Assembly (NCBI RefSeq): GCF_001194135.2
Contig: NC_068989.1
Location: 39,731,084 to 39,763,225, forward strand
Source of the DNA: Octopus bimaculoides
Taxonomy: Eukaryota
Length of the DNA stretch: 32,142 nucleotides
Direction: 5' to 3'
Below the pieces are notes generated by a model, which was not told where the DNA came from, made no database searches, and was given only the letters and a program-made list of their open reading frames with translations. Made by a program: the position numbers and the translations under genes. This document shows, in pieces, positions 1 through 11,975 of the stretch (positions are counted from its first letter, which is position 1; each line of letters begins with the position of its first letter).

Positions 1-38
<38 letters not shown>
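1..38. repeat. (AT)n microsatellite
   Basis: Visible. Confidence 0.95.
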
Positions 39-42
<4 letters not shown>

Positions 43-585
43 AGAGAGCACATGTACACACTAACATATGAAGGAGCACTCATAAATACATTCCCATATG
101 TGAATGTATCTATAATGTACACACATACATATACCCACATGTAAATGCCAACACATGAAAGAACACTCTTATATATTTACAAATATCTTACACATACATC
201 CTTATTTTTATCTATATTCCTCTGTCCATCTGTCTATATACCCATTCACCCTCCCTGAACAAATGCTTATATACATCAGTACTCACTCTGGCACACTGAC
301 TAGCTATTTCATCTCCCTGATTCTTCTGCTACTGTGATATCAGTCTATTTTTCTCGGAACCAATAAACCAGCATATACCACATTTGTCCTGGTCCGTCGA
401 ACACTTGCCTTCCTATCACCACTGTTTCATCCATTGTTGCCATATTTTATGTCTACAGAAAATCTGGATCTCTCTGTAGTCCATGTTCCCCTCCGTTGTA
501 CCTCCTCAGTCTGAGAGGCTCTGCGAAGGTCACAGGCACTGCCTTTCTCCTCCTCATATTGTCTCTGCTCCTCATATTGTCTCTT

Positions 586-613
586 CTCCTCCTCCTCCTC
601 CTCCTCCTCCTCC

Positions 614-651
<38 letters not shown>

Positions 652-680
652 GTTATCATCATTATCATCATCATTATCAT
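586..680. repeat. Compound (CCT)n(CAT)n microsatellite
   Basis: Visible; source of the spurious poly-P/poly-H/poly-M ORFs. Confidence 0.95.
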
Positions 681-1031
681 AATTTTATGCCCACTTTCCA
701 TGTTGACGTGGGTTGGATGAGTTGTCATGGTCTGTCATGCTCTGTCATGCTCTTATTTGGAGTTACTCTATGTGTTACATGTATAAATATGTGTGTGTGT
801 CTGTGTCTGTGTGCACCTGCGTGTGTATTTACATTTAGTTAATTTTTGTAATGGAGTTTCTTTTAATTAGCTGAAGTTGAAGATTTTCAATGACTTTTGA
901 CATTCTAGTAGCCCATTGAATGATCTGTTTTATCCTTCTTTTACGTTGCACCCACAAATATTTTACAGAAATATGTGCAATAATACAAATTATGTGTATT
1001 TATTATTGAACACCTGCTCTTTTTGGATTTA

Positions 1032-1056
1032 TTCCTTAACTAACTGTCTGTTCCAC
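1032..1056 (+). promoter_or_regulatory. U12-type branch site and AC 3' splice site of an upstream AT-AC intron (its donor lies outside the window)
   Basis: Exact TTCCTTAAC consensus, no polypyrimidine-AG signal, and AC 16 nt after the branch motif, directly before the open exon. Confidence 0.82.
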
Positions 1057-1182
1057 ATATGTGGAAAGTGAGAAAAACCTCTTGAAAGCAGAAAGTTTTC
1101 TCGAAAATTTGAAGAAATTACCTTCTTCAGATTCAAAGCTTGTTCAGATGTGGGCCATTAAACTGACTCTTGATTTTGCACA
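1057..1182 (+). CDS. TTC23: Internal coding exon A of a TPR-repeat gene (TTC23/TTC23L-like); phase 2 start and phase 2 end
   Basis: Reads A|TAT GTG GAA... = YVESEKNLLKAESFLENLKKLPSSDSKLVQMWAIKLTLDFA+CA. Preceded by TTCCTTAAC (1032-1040) and AC (1055-1056), followed by GTAAGT (1183-1188). An in-frame TAA at 1037-1039 limits how far upstream the exon can start. It resembles the remembered human TTC23 segment FKEAAENLTKAE...LSFAQ; BLAST confirmation needed. Confidence 0.85.
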
Positions 1183-1353
1183 GTAAGTAATTTCTTTTCA
1201 CTGTTTTGTCATCTTATTTCTATGTTTATGTGTCATTGTGGGTCTCTTGCTTGCAATGATTGTCCTCAAATATCAACCTCCTCAGTGTGAAATGTATGTG
1301 CATCTATGTATACATTTGTATACATGACTATCTGTGTGTATCTGTATGCATGG

Positions 1354-1386
<33 letters not shown>

Positions 1387-1989
1387 ACATTTGTATACAT
1401 GAGTGTCTTTGTATTTACTGACAGAGAAGCAAGTGCATGCAGGGTAGCTTCATCACTCTGTGTGCATCTTAAGTAAGTGTGGCTGTCAGCACTTTTGTAC
1501 ATGTAGGCTTTGTCCCAAGCTGACAATGGCCTCTCTCTTTGTAGCCGTGCCAGGCCAAACAATTTTAAAAGATGTCTCTAATCTCTGATCCGAAAATCTT
1601 TCAGAAAAGAATGCTCTGAATGTACTTATTGACATCCAGAATCATTCCCAGTCTATTGTTGCTCATACTTTCTAATGTCTACATTTAGAATGGGATTATT
1701 GATGTTCCAGTGATTACATTGTCCAACTGGATACATTTTTAGATACTAAATGTGCAACCTTGGCCTGTGTTTGACCAAGGCCTGCAGCTAGTCAAAAAAA
1801 AAAATGAACTGCAGAAATATGTAGTCTATAAATGACAACTCTGTTGTTCCTGTCATTTGTCATGAATCTTTGCAGTGGTCACAACTTTGGCATGTGTCTG
1901 TATATCATCAGTCACAGTACCCCTTAAACCCCACTAGAATAATTGTTGGAAATGAAATAAAAGAGTATTCACTCTTATCCTGTCAGTTG

Positions 1990-2480
1990 TTTCCTGAGAC
2001 AAGATGCAATGATCAGGTGTTAGCACAGCTCTGTGTTAATCCAGTAACAGAACCTGCCAGTCCACATCAGCTTGTCTTTCTAAAGGCCAACACAATGTCT
2101 GTGTGTATCCAAGATCCCATTCCAATTGCAAATTAACACTGATGTGTGAGCTGTTCCTTGAAATGTCCCCGTACATCTGAAAGAATCTGACTTCCAACTC
2201 TTGTCAAGTGCAAACAATCATGAACATGAAAACCTCATTTCCCTCTTTACTGTTCACATTCAGGACCACCTATATATCATCTGAATCCAGGAATATCAGG
2301 CTTACTTTTAGATCCAGGTATTTCCAGGAAAATACTCCCTTACCACTCAATCCAGCTGACTGAATGATGTATAAACCATTCAGTTATCCAGAATGAGAAG
2401 AAGCAACTCCATCTCAGAAATCCTGGTCTCGCTGATGCCTACTACATCTAGATGTAGAAAACAAAAATCATTGAGCAGGT
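1990..2480 (-). mobile_element. Old, decayed Tx1/L1-type LINE fragment (APE endonuclease region)
   Basis: Minus-strand remnants GISETRIS and VLICNWNGILDTHRHCVG, with nucleotide similarity to the endonuclease part of the 3291-5586 element; many stops and frameshifts. Confidence 0.55.
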
Positions 2481-2599
2481 ATCTCTGCTTCCATATACAC
2501 ACCAGGCCATGTACTTTTTGAGAGCCTGTTTTGTATATAGCTATGTTAAGCAAGCAGAAGCATTAAAAAAGTTGTGACAGGTATCTTACCCTCATTCAG

Positions 2600-2900
2600 A
2601 GGTAATTCTTTTACAGTTCCTTTGGAATGCTTCTCTGCAATCATTTTTTTTTACCAAACCTTTTTGCAATAATTATGTGGGACGCTTTTATTTCAAATGT
2701 GATAGTCGTTAGGTGTGGTTCTTACAGACGTTTCTCTTTTAATGTATTTTGGATAGTCAACACATTAAGGCAATATGGTTGATGTAGTCAAGGTGTCTGT
2801 CTATGCAGTATTGTTGGTGTGAAAAAAGCCTTGCAGTGGTCATCTTCTCACAATGTAATATTTGGCCTTTCTGATCTCCTCTTCCACCACCCTGACATGC
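2600..2900 (-). mobile_element. Possible highly decayed Tc1-like transposase N-terminal remnant
   Basis: Weak motif resemblance only (RSERPNIT.*EDD; AEKHSKGTVKN). Confidence 0.25.
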
Positions 2901-3129
2901 TCACAACCCCTTAAAACTGAATTATTTTAGGACACTTTCAAGATCCTCAAGGGGCAACTGAGCCTTGGAATTCCATTGACATTCTTTCTCAGTTCTGCTT
3001 TGGAGTAATAATAAATTTTGGTTACTAACACACCACCACCACTCATGTCAGCAACAACAATAACAACAATAATTCTTTCTAATTTGTCAAAAGACCAGCA
3101 ACTTTGAGGTGAATGTGCAAATTGATTAT

Positions 3130-3280
3130 ATTGACCCAAGTAATTAACTTGTACTTTATCTTATTGACTCCAACAGGATAGAAGGCAAAGCTGACCTTGT
3201 CTGGATTTGAACTCAGCACATAAAGTTTCAAAAGAAATGTCACTAAACATTTTGTCTGACATACAAATGATTTCACCATT
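3130..3280 (-). mobile_element. tRNA-derived SINE, family A (same family as 31191-31420), decayed
   Basis: Contains the reverse complement of the family core (GAAGGCAAAGCTGACC...ATTTGAACTCAG). Confidence 0.7.
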
Positions 3281-3290
3281 GTATCACTTT

Positions 3291-3332
3291 AGTAGTAGCA
3301 GTAATAGTAGTAGTAGTAGTAGTAGCAGCAGC

Positions 3333-3381
<49 letters not shown>

Positions 3382-5586
3382 ATAACAATAGTAATGATTT
3401 CATTTATTTGTCACAAGGGCAAAGGATGAGGGGGACAATACAAAGACAGACATAAAGTGTTGGGGTTTACGTATAATGAAATGATCAAAAAAAAAAAAAG
3501 GAAGAAAGTAAATATACACAGTATACACTGAAAAAGAAGGGACATATGCATAGCATACAAAGGTTTAACAAAGCAAAAAAAAAAGTGGCAGGGAAGATGA
3601 TAGAGATGTGGCCCTCCTGATACAGGAAGGCCTTTAGGGATAATCGAGGAACCCCACTGTCCAAGATTTTCCTCTCCAATTCCTTTTCTCCGACTCACAA
3701 GTCTACACTTAAAGAGGTACCATCCACTCTTGCCATTTTTGCAACTTTTAGCCACCTTTCAATAAACTCAGTCAAAGACAGCACTTCACTCTTCACTCTC
3801 AATTTCCTTTTCAAGTGAAACTTGAAGAAGTTAGTGAGAGCTCTACCAAAGAGGAATGTATCTGTCCTCAAGTCTTTCAGCTTTGTCCACCAAACAGCCT
3901 CTTTCACCACAGCCACCAGGCAATGGAAAACTGCCTTGCCTGCCTGATTAGAGGAGGGTGGCAGTGTGATCATCACTACAGACTCGACTGAGAGATGGAT
4001 CCATCCCACACATGACAGCAGTTGATTAACATAACCCCCAAGTCGACAATACCCGGACACTGAACGACAAATTTGTCTGACAGCACAGCCTGTAAAGTTT
4101 ATCTTAAACCAGTAACGCTCCCTGGTAAGTCCTCCAGAACAAACTAGCCAGTTCTTTCTCGTTGGTGCCCAGAGTCTCCCAGAGAATATCTGCGGCACTA
4201 ATTTCCGCAACACTAATCGCATTTCCGCGGCACTAATCCTATATAAATTTCTAAAGCAGAACATCCACTGATCCCATTGCCCAACTGGTAGAAGGTTGTG
4301 AGTACCGATGACATTTTAGGTGCCAGCTATTTAGTCTCGGTCTTTTCTTCAACCAGGACTGCAGCTCTGTCAAGGAGATAAGCTGCAGAAAGACAAGCCT
4401 CACAAAAGGACCCCACATGCACTCACCATCCAGAAATCGTTGCAGGTGGCATAACCTAAGAGTGTGTCTGCGCATTAGGAGCCATGGTATAGCTATTCCG
4501 CTACTCAGATGTTGGCAACAGACTCACTGCCTGACCATTGGAAGGTATCCCTTCCACAAGACATTAAATAAGAGACGCTCCAACCTGTCAAACAGTAACT
4601 GAAATAAGGCATGATGGTCAGGCGATAAATGAAAACAGAGGCAATGCTCTAATTGCCCTCTTCAGGGCGGCCCACCACTGGTTGTTGATGATTGCCCCCA
4701 TCAACTGTCACTAAACTAGTTCACTAATCCGGTCCCTGTCGTCTTTGCGTGCCGGAAAGAACATGTTTAACTTCCAGTTACCAGGTCTCTGTCTACGGGT
4801 CCTATCTAACTCAACTGTTCAGATCACAAACTTGTGGTCAGTGTAGCCGACCAATTTAAATTGTGGAAAAACTACACTATCCTTATCCTCTGACCTAACA
4901 AATACTCTATCTAGATATGATCAGGATGACCCATTGTGGTTGCTCCATGTCCACACTGGCACATCAGGGAAATCCAGTCGATACGTATCAAACAATTGGA
5001 AGACTCTGAGTAGGTTTCCGAGGTTTTTGCATCTCCTTCTTCTGTGTACTAGTCCTACAGAGTCCTTCTGTGCATCCAAAATCCCACTCCTGTCCCCTAC
5101 TAGTACTAAACTGCAAGACGTTACTGGGAATGTTTCTAGACACCTGAAGAGTTCTAGCCTTCCAGCCCCTGTCAGGGCATAGATGACCACCTTCACTACA
5201 TCTAGGACCACCAACCTGCCACCCAGGTCCATGAAGATTGATTTACTTCAAGATCTAAGGATTTTCAGAATAGTACTGCTACCCTGCTGCCCACTTCCAA
5301 CAGATCACATGATGAGACTATCTCATAATCATCGAAAATGGGTGCTAGTGCTTGCACATTAGAAATCTTTGTCTCACTAATTGCGGCTGCGTCTTAATTG
5401 AGTGACCTGAGGTTGTTTAACAAGTGACCTAGCTTCCAGGCTGACCCCAGGCCATGAACATTCACACACCCCACTCTGAAAAGGACCATGTTTATTGGAG
5501 AAACAAAATGGAAGAAGGTCACTTACCTTGGATTTTGAGAGGGTCAGCTGATTCAGCTGCTTTGTCTGATGCATCTGAACCAGCCG
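3291..5586 (-). mobile_element. Tx1/L1-clade LINE, 5'-truncated, RT domain deleted, (ACT)n tail, flanked by a 17-bp target-site duplication
   Basis: ORF2 starts MVLFRVGCVNVHGL (ATG at 5489), with APE motifs ISETK, SYLDRVF, YTDH and WKLN. It joins directly at ~4647 to post-RT sequence (IASVFIYRLT...LWKG...MRRHTLRL...LVAVVKEAVW...HLKRK...FIERW). 3' UTR has AATAAA (3402-3407); tail 3291-3394. CACCATTGTATCACTTT occurs at 3274-3290 and 5587-5603. Confidence 0.85.
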
Positions 5587-5603
5587 CACCATTGTATCAC
5601 TTT

Positions 5604-5622
5604 AGTAGTAATAGTAGTAGTC

Positions 5623-5664
<42 letters not shown>

Positions 5665-5672
5665 ATAATAAT
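5604..5672. repeat. (AGT)n/(AAT)n microsatellite
   Basis: Visible; directly follows the right TSD of the Tx1 element. Confidence 0.95.
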
Positions 5673-6225
5673 AACAGAATTCCCTGATGCAGTACCAGGC
5701 ACTAGCTCACATGGCTTTTGATCTTAACTACACTGTTTTTTGTCTTGGTATAAAATATGGGCTACAGCAAATATTCTGCTCAATACCACAGATTTGCTTG
5801 TCAATTGTTTGACCGTAACCAGTTGAAGATGTCCCTTAGTGACAGATCATATGTGCATCTCTGATCATGAGCAGAAGTAGTTTGGGAGCATCATAGCCAT
5901 GTGTTGAGAGGAATTCTTTGGGGTTTGAATAATTCACCTCTGGAAACATGGATGATTTGTTCATCATCCTTAAAACAACTGTTATTTAGGGATGTTTTGA
6001 GTGGGATGAGCTACTCGTCCTGGAGAAAATTTTTACTGGGCCCCACTTGCAAGGTCATGCACTGTTTATTTTGATAATGAGATCACCATGTCACACACAT
6101 ATGGTTGTGATGCATGTGCCTGGTGTACCCTTTTCAGACGGGTAGTCATGATGGCTATATTGGGCTTTGTATATTTTACCCCAGTTTCACTTTGATTGCA
6201 TGTGCTGCTCTCTCACATGATGATA
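5672..6225 (+). mobile_element. Interspersed repeat ending in an AAT-rich tail, probably a LINE 3' UTR or SINE-like element
   Basis: Recognised from memory as a common octopus repeat; no ORF; followed by an AAT/AAC-rich tail. Confidence 0.5.
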
Positions 6226-6319
6226 ATATTAATAGTAATAATTCTGACATTAACACAATAATATCATTACCAAAAACACCACCATCATCAACAAACAACA
6301 ACAATAATTATTAAAATTT

Positions 6320-6944
6320 TTGCGCAAGGCCAGCAACTTTACTTGGAAGGAGTAAGTTAATCACATTGATCCTAGTACTTGGCTGATACTCTGTGGAATT
6401 TGAACTTAGAAGAAATGCTTCTTAAACACTATTTTCTAATGCACTAACAATTCAGCCAACTCACTACTTTAACAACAACAACAACAACAACAATCATCCT
6501 TTCCACTAAAGGCACAAGGCCTGAAATTTTGGAGGGAGGGTGACAGTTGATTACACCTACCCAGTGCTCAAATGGTACTTATTTTATTGACTTTGATAGT
6601 ATGAAAAGCAAAGTCGATGTTGGTGGAATTTAAACTCAGAACATTAGGATGGACAAAATGCCACAAAGCATTTTGCTTGGTGTGCTGATGACTCTGCCAG
6701 TTTGCTGCCTTATAATTTCTAATTTTTGCACAAGGCCACCAATTTTGGGGTGGGGTTAAGTTGATTACATCAACCCCAATGCTCAACTGGTACTTATTTT
6801 ATCAACCCCAAAAGGATGAAAGGCAAGGTTGACCCCAGTGACATTTGAACTCAGAACATGATGGATGAAATGCTACAAAACATTTTGCCCAACATGCTGA
6901 TGATTCTGCCAGCTCGCAGCATTAATAATTATAACAACAACAAC

Positions 6945-6989
<45 letters not shown>

Positions 6990-7410
6990 CCATTCTACTA
7001 AAATTTGGGGAACGGGGACTAGTTTAATGCATCAACCCCAGTGTTTCACTGGTACTTCATTTATTGATCCCCAAAAGATGAAAGGCAAAGTTGACCTTGG
7101 CAGAATTTGAACTCAGAATGTAGCGACGGAGAAAATGCCACTAAGCTTTTTTCCCCGTGTGCTAACAATTCTGCCAGCTTACCATCTTATAATTTCAAAT
7201 TTTGGCACAAGGCCAATAGTTTTCGGAGAAGTGTTAAGTCAATTACATTGACCCCCAGAAGCTCAACTGGTACTTATTTTATTGACCCCACAAAAGGATG
7301 AAAAGCAAAGTCAACCCTGGCAACGTTTGAACTCAGAAGTTGAAGAAGATGGATGAAATGCCACTAGGCATTTTGCCCAGCATACTAATGATTCTTCCAG
7401 CTCGCTGCTT
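6320..7410 (-). mobile_element. Head-to-tail array of five family-A SINE copies (~6320-6470, 6495-6715, 6716-6920, 6990-7185, 7190-7410)
   Basis: The block GGTACTTATTT...AAGGATGAAAGGCAAAG...TTTGAACTCAGAA...CTGCCAGCT recurs clearly in four copies and in degenerate form in the first. Copies are separated by (AAC)n/(AAT)n tails. Confidence 0.8.
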
Positions 7411-7932
7411 TAATAATAATAATAATAATAGTAATGATGATGATGATGACGATGATGACGACGACGACGATGATGATGATGATGATGATGATGTTGTTGA
7501 TGTTGTTGTTGTTGGTAATAAATAAGAATAATAATAATAAAAATAATATCTGACATTGATATATGATCAAAAAGAAATATTAAGAGATAGTGTAAGAGAA
7601 TGAAGACAGGTCATATATTCAGCTGAATGAATCTGAGTGTGTATGCTGGTGTATGTATGTTTTGTTTGTATCTATAGGAAAAATGCCATTTGGATATGTT
7701 GAGATTCCTAATTAATCCAGAGACACTCAACAAAAATAAATATTTCAAGTTTACTTCGCCCTTACGCACATTTGGCAAACATCATTTACAATAGGAAGTT
7801 TTATTTAGTTTCTGTTGTTTGTTACCTTTTTATGTTAACTCCGTCAGTTTTATTTGGCAAATGGTTTAAGAATAGATATCTTTTTTTGTCTGTTTATTTG
7901 TTTATTGCTTTTCTGTATTTCTCTTCTGTTAG

Positions 7933-8059
7933 ACTTTACAGCAAACAGAAGAAACAGACAGAAGCTGAGGATACTTACAAACAAGTTGTCGAACTTATTG
8001 AGGCAGCTCATGGTGAAGGAAGTCCACAGTTAATAGCGCTCTATTTAGACTGGGGCAAA
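7933..8059 (+). CDS. TTC23: Internal coding exon B of the TTC23-like gene; phase 2 start, phase 0 end
   Basis: Pyrimidine tract plus TTAG acceptor (AG 7931-7932). CA from exon A plus the first A gives CAA (Q), then LYSKQKKQTEAEDTYKQVVELIEAAHGEGSPQLIALYLDWGK, a TPR-like helix pair resembling remembered TTC23 QVYQGQKKSKEALSHYQAALEYVEISKGETS. Followed by ATATCCTTT, a U12 donor. Confidence 0.88.
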
Positions 8060-8068
8060 ATATCCTTT
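8060..8068 (+). promoter_or_regulatory. U12-type 5' splice site ATATCCTTT
   Basis: Exact match to the RTATCCTTT consensus at a codon boundary after AAA. Confidence 0.85.
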
Positions 8069-8357
8069 ACGTAACGCTATACTTTTTAAGAAAGAATATT
8101 ACCATTATCATTATTATTTCAGAAACATGCACAATAAAATGTTAAAATTGCAAGATAATTATGCAAACGTACATATAACCCTGCTACTATAGCCTCTTCC
8201 ACTGGAATTGTTAGATACTCTATGCATATAAAATTCGTTTTCATTTCTTGTTTTCATTTTTTTCCAGCTGATGGATACAGTTTTTTCACTTCATTTCCAA
8301 GTTTTCAGCTATTGATTTTAACATGGAAAAATAGTTGAAAGACTATGCTGTATATAA

Positions 8358-8390
<33 letters not shown>

Positions 8391-8410
8391 TACACATGCA
8401 CACCCATTTG

Positions 8411-8585
8411 TCATTGTTTGCTTAACGTCCACTTTTCCATGTTTGCATGGGTCAGATGAAGTTTATTGAGGCAGATTTTCTATGGTCCAATACCCATCCT
8501 CTTGCCAAACTTTGTTTCCAAGCAAAGAAATATTTTCCCATGGCCAGATATTTTTATGCAGAATATTGGAAATGAATTACACTGT
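8411..8585 (-). mobile_element. SINE family D fragment (reverse complement of 11045-11280)
   Basis: TTAACGTCCACTTTTCCATGTTTGCATGGGTCAGA...AAATATTTTCCC matches the family 3' end. Confidence 0.65.
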
Positions 8586-9093
8586 TCATATGACAGTGAC
8601 TCTCATTTACAACTATCATGTTATATCCAAACAAGGATATCTGAATTGAGCTGCTGTGCTACAGATTCTAGGCTCCTATCCATTCACCCTTATGTCCTTA
8701 TGGTAAAAAAGGACATAACTCTAATTCCCCCTCCACCATTCTTTCTTTTTTCTGTTTTCTTTTTCATTTTTTTCCAGTGTTTTCAATCTTCCACCTTTTC
8801 ATTTACTCCCTTCTTGCCTTTTCTCATATTTTCTCTTATCCTGTCTTCCTGTTTTAGCTTGTTATGCCATGTGGACAGAACCAGAGGATTGTGTGAAGGC
8901 ATCAGACATGTTATAAAATACTGACTGAACTGTTTTCATCACATGAAACTATTAGTGGCTCATAAACACATACTGTGTTTATTGAATAATAGATACAAAT
9001 ATATGCAGCTTCTTAGTTTTTTCTTTTTTTCTATTATTCTCTTTAATTTTGTCCTCTCCTTCAAACATTCATATCTCAAAACCAATGGGAGCA

Positions 9094-9136
<43 letters not shown>

Positions 9137-9189
9137 TGCAAGTTAACACATAAAAGGAAAAGAAAATGCAATTTCCAATCCAAAAATTT

Positions 9190-9975
9190 AAGTATTTAAA
9201 AAATATCAATTAAATATATCAGTTTACACAATGTATCTATCCTCAGCTTCCACTTTGGCCTCAAGACTGCTCCAGAATGTGGCCTATGCATTCCTCAGTG
9301 TGTTTCTAGGAAGATCTTTGAACACCTCCTTCATCTTGACCACCAGCTCAAGCTTGGTGTTTCAGGCCGTGTGGTTGGTGCCTTTCTCAACCACACCCCA
9401 CACGTAGTAATCTATAGCCTTACAATAAGAGAATTAGGAGGCCAGAATTTGGGGCTGGTGGAGTCATAGAATTCTCTGGTAACCACTTCTGACTCTTGCT
9501 AGAGATGTGGCAAGGATCTGAATCCTGTTGTCATACATAGGGCTTTCCAACAACAATCCTCTCCAGCCAGGGTTTGACCACAGTCTCCAGCAATTTTATG
9601 TAGTTGTCTGAATTAAGTCTAAGTCCTTGTTCAAGGATGTGAGTATTACCTGCTGTGTCCCTTCCTGCTGGCCACAGCTTTGTAGTCTCCATTACAACTA
9701 TCCATGTCACATCTTACATCTTTTACAGTGTTCACAGAGCACTGAGTGGTAGTCATGATGTCGACATTTTGATACTTAGCATGAATCCTCATGATCCAAG
9801 TAACACATTTCCAATACTCACATGGTTTCTATTCTTCTATATCAGCTAACTTATTCTTAACTACAACTTAAGTTTTATGCTCTGCAATGACATTGGCTGT
9901 TCTTCAATATATCAAGTTGTTCCTGAAAGAAAAGGAGACGTAAACTTGCCATATTTAGCTTGAACACATTGTATA
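9190..9975 (-). mobile_element. Internally deleted Tc1/mariner remnant (DD37D/maT-like)
   Basis: C-terminal LEQGLRLNSDNYIKLLETVVKPWLE...QQDS.PCH...FWPPNS...EAEDRYIV* fused at ~9645 to N-terminal-like CSVNTVK...DYKAVASRKGHS. Ends are uncertain. Confidence 0.7.
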
Positions 9976-10155
9976 TGCATACATATAAATGCATTACGAG
10001 CTGCAATGTGTCAATTACATTGTTTCTCAATATTTATATCTTCTCTCAGTCTGCCTGTAGGTTCCTGCTTGTCTGCTTGCCTGATTGGCTAACTGCTCAA
10101 CTGCCCACCAGCCTGACTGTTTAGTATTGTTTAGCTTAATGTGCGTATAACATAA

Positions 10156-10157
<2 letters not shown>

Positions 10158-10200
<43 letters not shown>

Positions 10201-10450
10201 TTCTTATTCTTTAAACTTCCAACTTCTTGCTGCCATTGGGTTGGACAGTTTTACAAGATATGATGAGGGTTGAGGACTGCATCATGCTCCAATGTCTGAT
10301 TTACTTGTATGGATAGATGCCCTTCCTAATTCCAACCACTTTGAAGACTGTACTGGATTCTTTTTCATAACACCAGCACTAGTGAGGTCACCATGTAGCT
10401 TGCAAAACAAAGATCCTCTTTGAATGAATGGGGCTACAGTAGAGAGGGCA
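10158..10450 (-). mobile_element. Family C repeat (RTE-type 3' end or RTE-partnered SINE, GGAAGGGCATC motif) with (GAT)n tail
   Basis: GATGCCCTTCCTAATTCCAACCACT and a (CAT)n tail at 10158-10200; a purine-rich extension runs to ~10790. Confidence 0.65.
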
Positions 10451-11044
10451 CGCGAAGGTAGAGAGTATCTCAAGGTACAAGCAGGTAAATAAGAATGGAG
10501 ACAGATGAACAGGTAACATGGGCGTGTAGAGGTTGCAAGAATGAATGGGGAGAGTGAGGGATGTTTAGAGAGATAGGGTATGAGTGAAAGGTGAATACAA
10601 TTGATGAAGAACAAGGGTTGAGGGATTATTGATGATAAATATGAATTGGAGGAGGGTAGGGAAGAATAGGTGATGATGACTGTAGTAATTTGGTGCAAAG
10701 AGTGGATATAGTGAGAGATGGACAAGAATGGAGAGGTGATGGATTTTGTTAAACACCATACAGTGTATGCTGGACACATCTTTCAGGCCACTAGTACTAG
10801 ATGGGTTATCACTCACCTATTACTGTGGAGAGAGATTGGTGGTGGTGGTGGTGGTGGTTGTGTTCCATTTTGAGACCTGCTTTCCAGCTGCATGGTTTTA
10901 AGTTCATTTCCACCATGTGACATTTTAGGCAAGTGTTTTCTACTACAGCCCCAGGCTGAACAACGTTTGTGCTTGGACTTGGTTAAGAGAAGCTGAAAGA
11001 ATTCCATCATGTTTATAAGATGTATGTCTTTAAGTTTATGTCCT

Positions 11045-11280
11045 TTTGTCTTGATATCATGTTATAATTGTAAATGAGAGTCACTGTTATGCAAGCTGTA
11101 CCATTAATTTCTAATATTCCGCAAAAAACATATCTGGGTATGGGAAAATATTACCTTACTTGGAAAGTGGTGAGGGTTGGTGACAGAAAGGGCATTTGAC
11201 TGTAGAAAAATCCATCTCAACAAATTCCATCAGATAATGTAGGCATCAAAAAGTGGATGTGAAAACAATGATGATTATGA
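11045..11280 (+). mobile_element. SINE family D copy
   Basis: GGGAAAATATTACCTTACTTGGAAA...GAAAGGGCAT...GTGGATGTGAAAACAATGATGAT. Confidence 0.65.
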
Positions 11281-11301
11281 TACTATATACATATATACAT
11301 A

Positions 11302-11459
11302 GGTGCAGCATGGCTGATGGTAAGAAGCTTGCTTCCCAACCACATGGTTCTGGGTTCCATCCCACTGCGTGGCACCTTGGGCAACTGTCTTCTACTATAG
11401 CTTCAGTCTGACCAAAGCCATGTGAGGGGATTTGGTAGACAGAAACTGAAAGAAGCCTG

Positions 11460-11505
<46 letters not shown>

Positions 11506-11756
11506 GTATATGTGTGTGTGTGTGTGTGTATTTGTTTGTGTCTGTGTTTGTCACCCCACCCCCCATCGCTTGACACTCAATGTTGGTGTGTTTACATCCC
11601 TATAAATTAGCAGTTCAGCAAAAGAGACCAATATAATAAGTATTAGGCTTACAAAGAATAAGTCCTGGGGTTGATTTGTTTGACTAAAGTTGGTGCTCCA
11701 GTATGGCTACAGTCAAATGACTGAAACAAGTGTAAAAATAAATGAATAAAAGAATA
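11302..11756 (+). mobile_element. tRNA-derived CORE-like SINE (family B, OR2-like) with internal (TA)n(TG)n and a 3' extension
   Basis: tRNA-like head (TGGCTGATGGTAAGAAGC...GGTTCCATCCC) and CORE-like GGCACCTTGGGCAACTGTCTT; a copy in the opposite orientation lies at 30682-31089. Confidence 0.75.
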
Positions 11757-11794
11757 TGTGTACATACATACATATATACATATTATATATATAC

Positions 11795-11824
<30 letters not shown>

Positions 11825-11825
<1 letters not shown>

Positions 11826-11912
11826 CATCATCATCATCATCATCGTTTAACGTCCGCTTTCCATGATAGCATGGGTTGGACGATTTGACTGAGGACTGGT
11901 GAAACCGGATGG

Positions 11913-11915
<3 letters not shown>
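11825..11915 (-). mobile_element. Truncated family C 3' fragment
   Basis: (CAT)n then CGTTTAACGTCCGCTTTCCATG...GGGTTGGACG. Confidence 0.7.

Positions 11916-11970
<55 letters not shown>
11916..11970. repeat. (CA)n microsatellite
   Basis: Visible. Confidence 0.95.

Positions 11971-11975
<5 letters not shown>

Larger units (their letters stand above)
1183..7932 (+). other. Major (U2) GT-AG intron, 6750 nt, phase 2
   Basis: CA|GTAAGT donor, T-rich tract and TTAG acceptor; the flanking exons join in frame. Confidence 0.85.

Noticed and set aside
453-842. ORFs with poly-His/Pro/Met/Arg/Ile runs (also at 3207, 7340, 20254, 24525, 31751 and elsewhere)
   Set aside because: They are translations of trinucleotide and dinucleotide microsatellites, with no splice or homology support.
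1067-1068. AG as the acceptor of exon A
   Set aside because: AAG with no pyrimidine tract, and it would drop the residues YVE that align with TTC23; the U12 branch site plus AC explains the site better.
3695-4264. 189-aa ORF as a host gene
   Set aside because: It is the frameshifted C-terminus of a Tx1 ORF2 inside a TSD-bounded element.
8071-8076. GTAACG as the main donor of exon B (the ORF track reads through to ...GKISFT)
   Set aside because: Weak U2 site. The perfect U12 donor 11 nt upstream gives the phase that matches exon C; the GT option with the nearest AG frameshifts.
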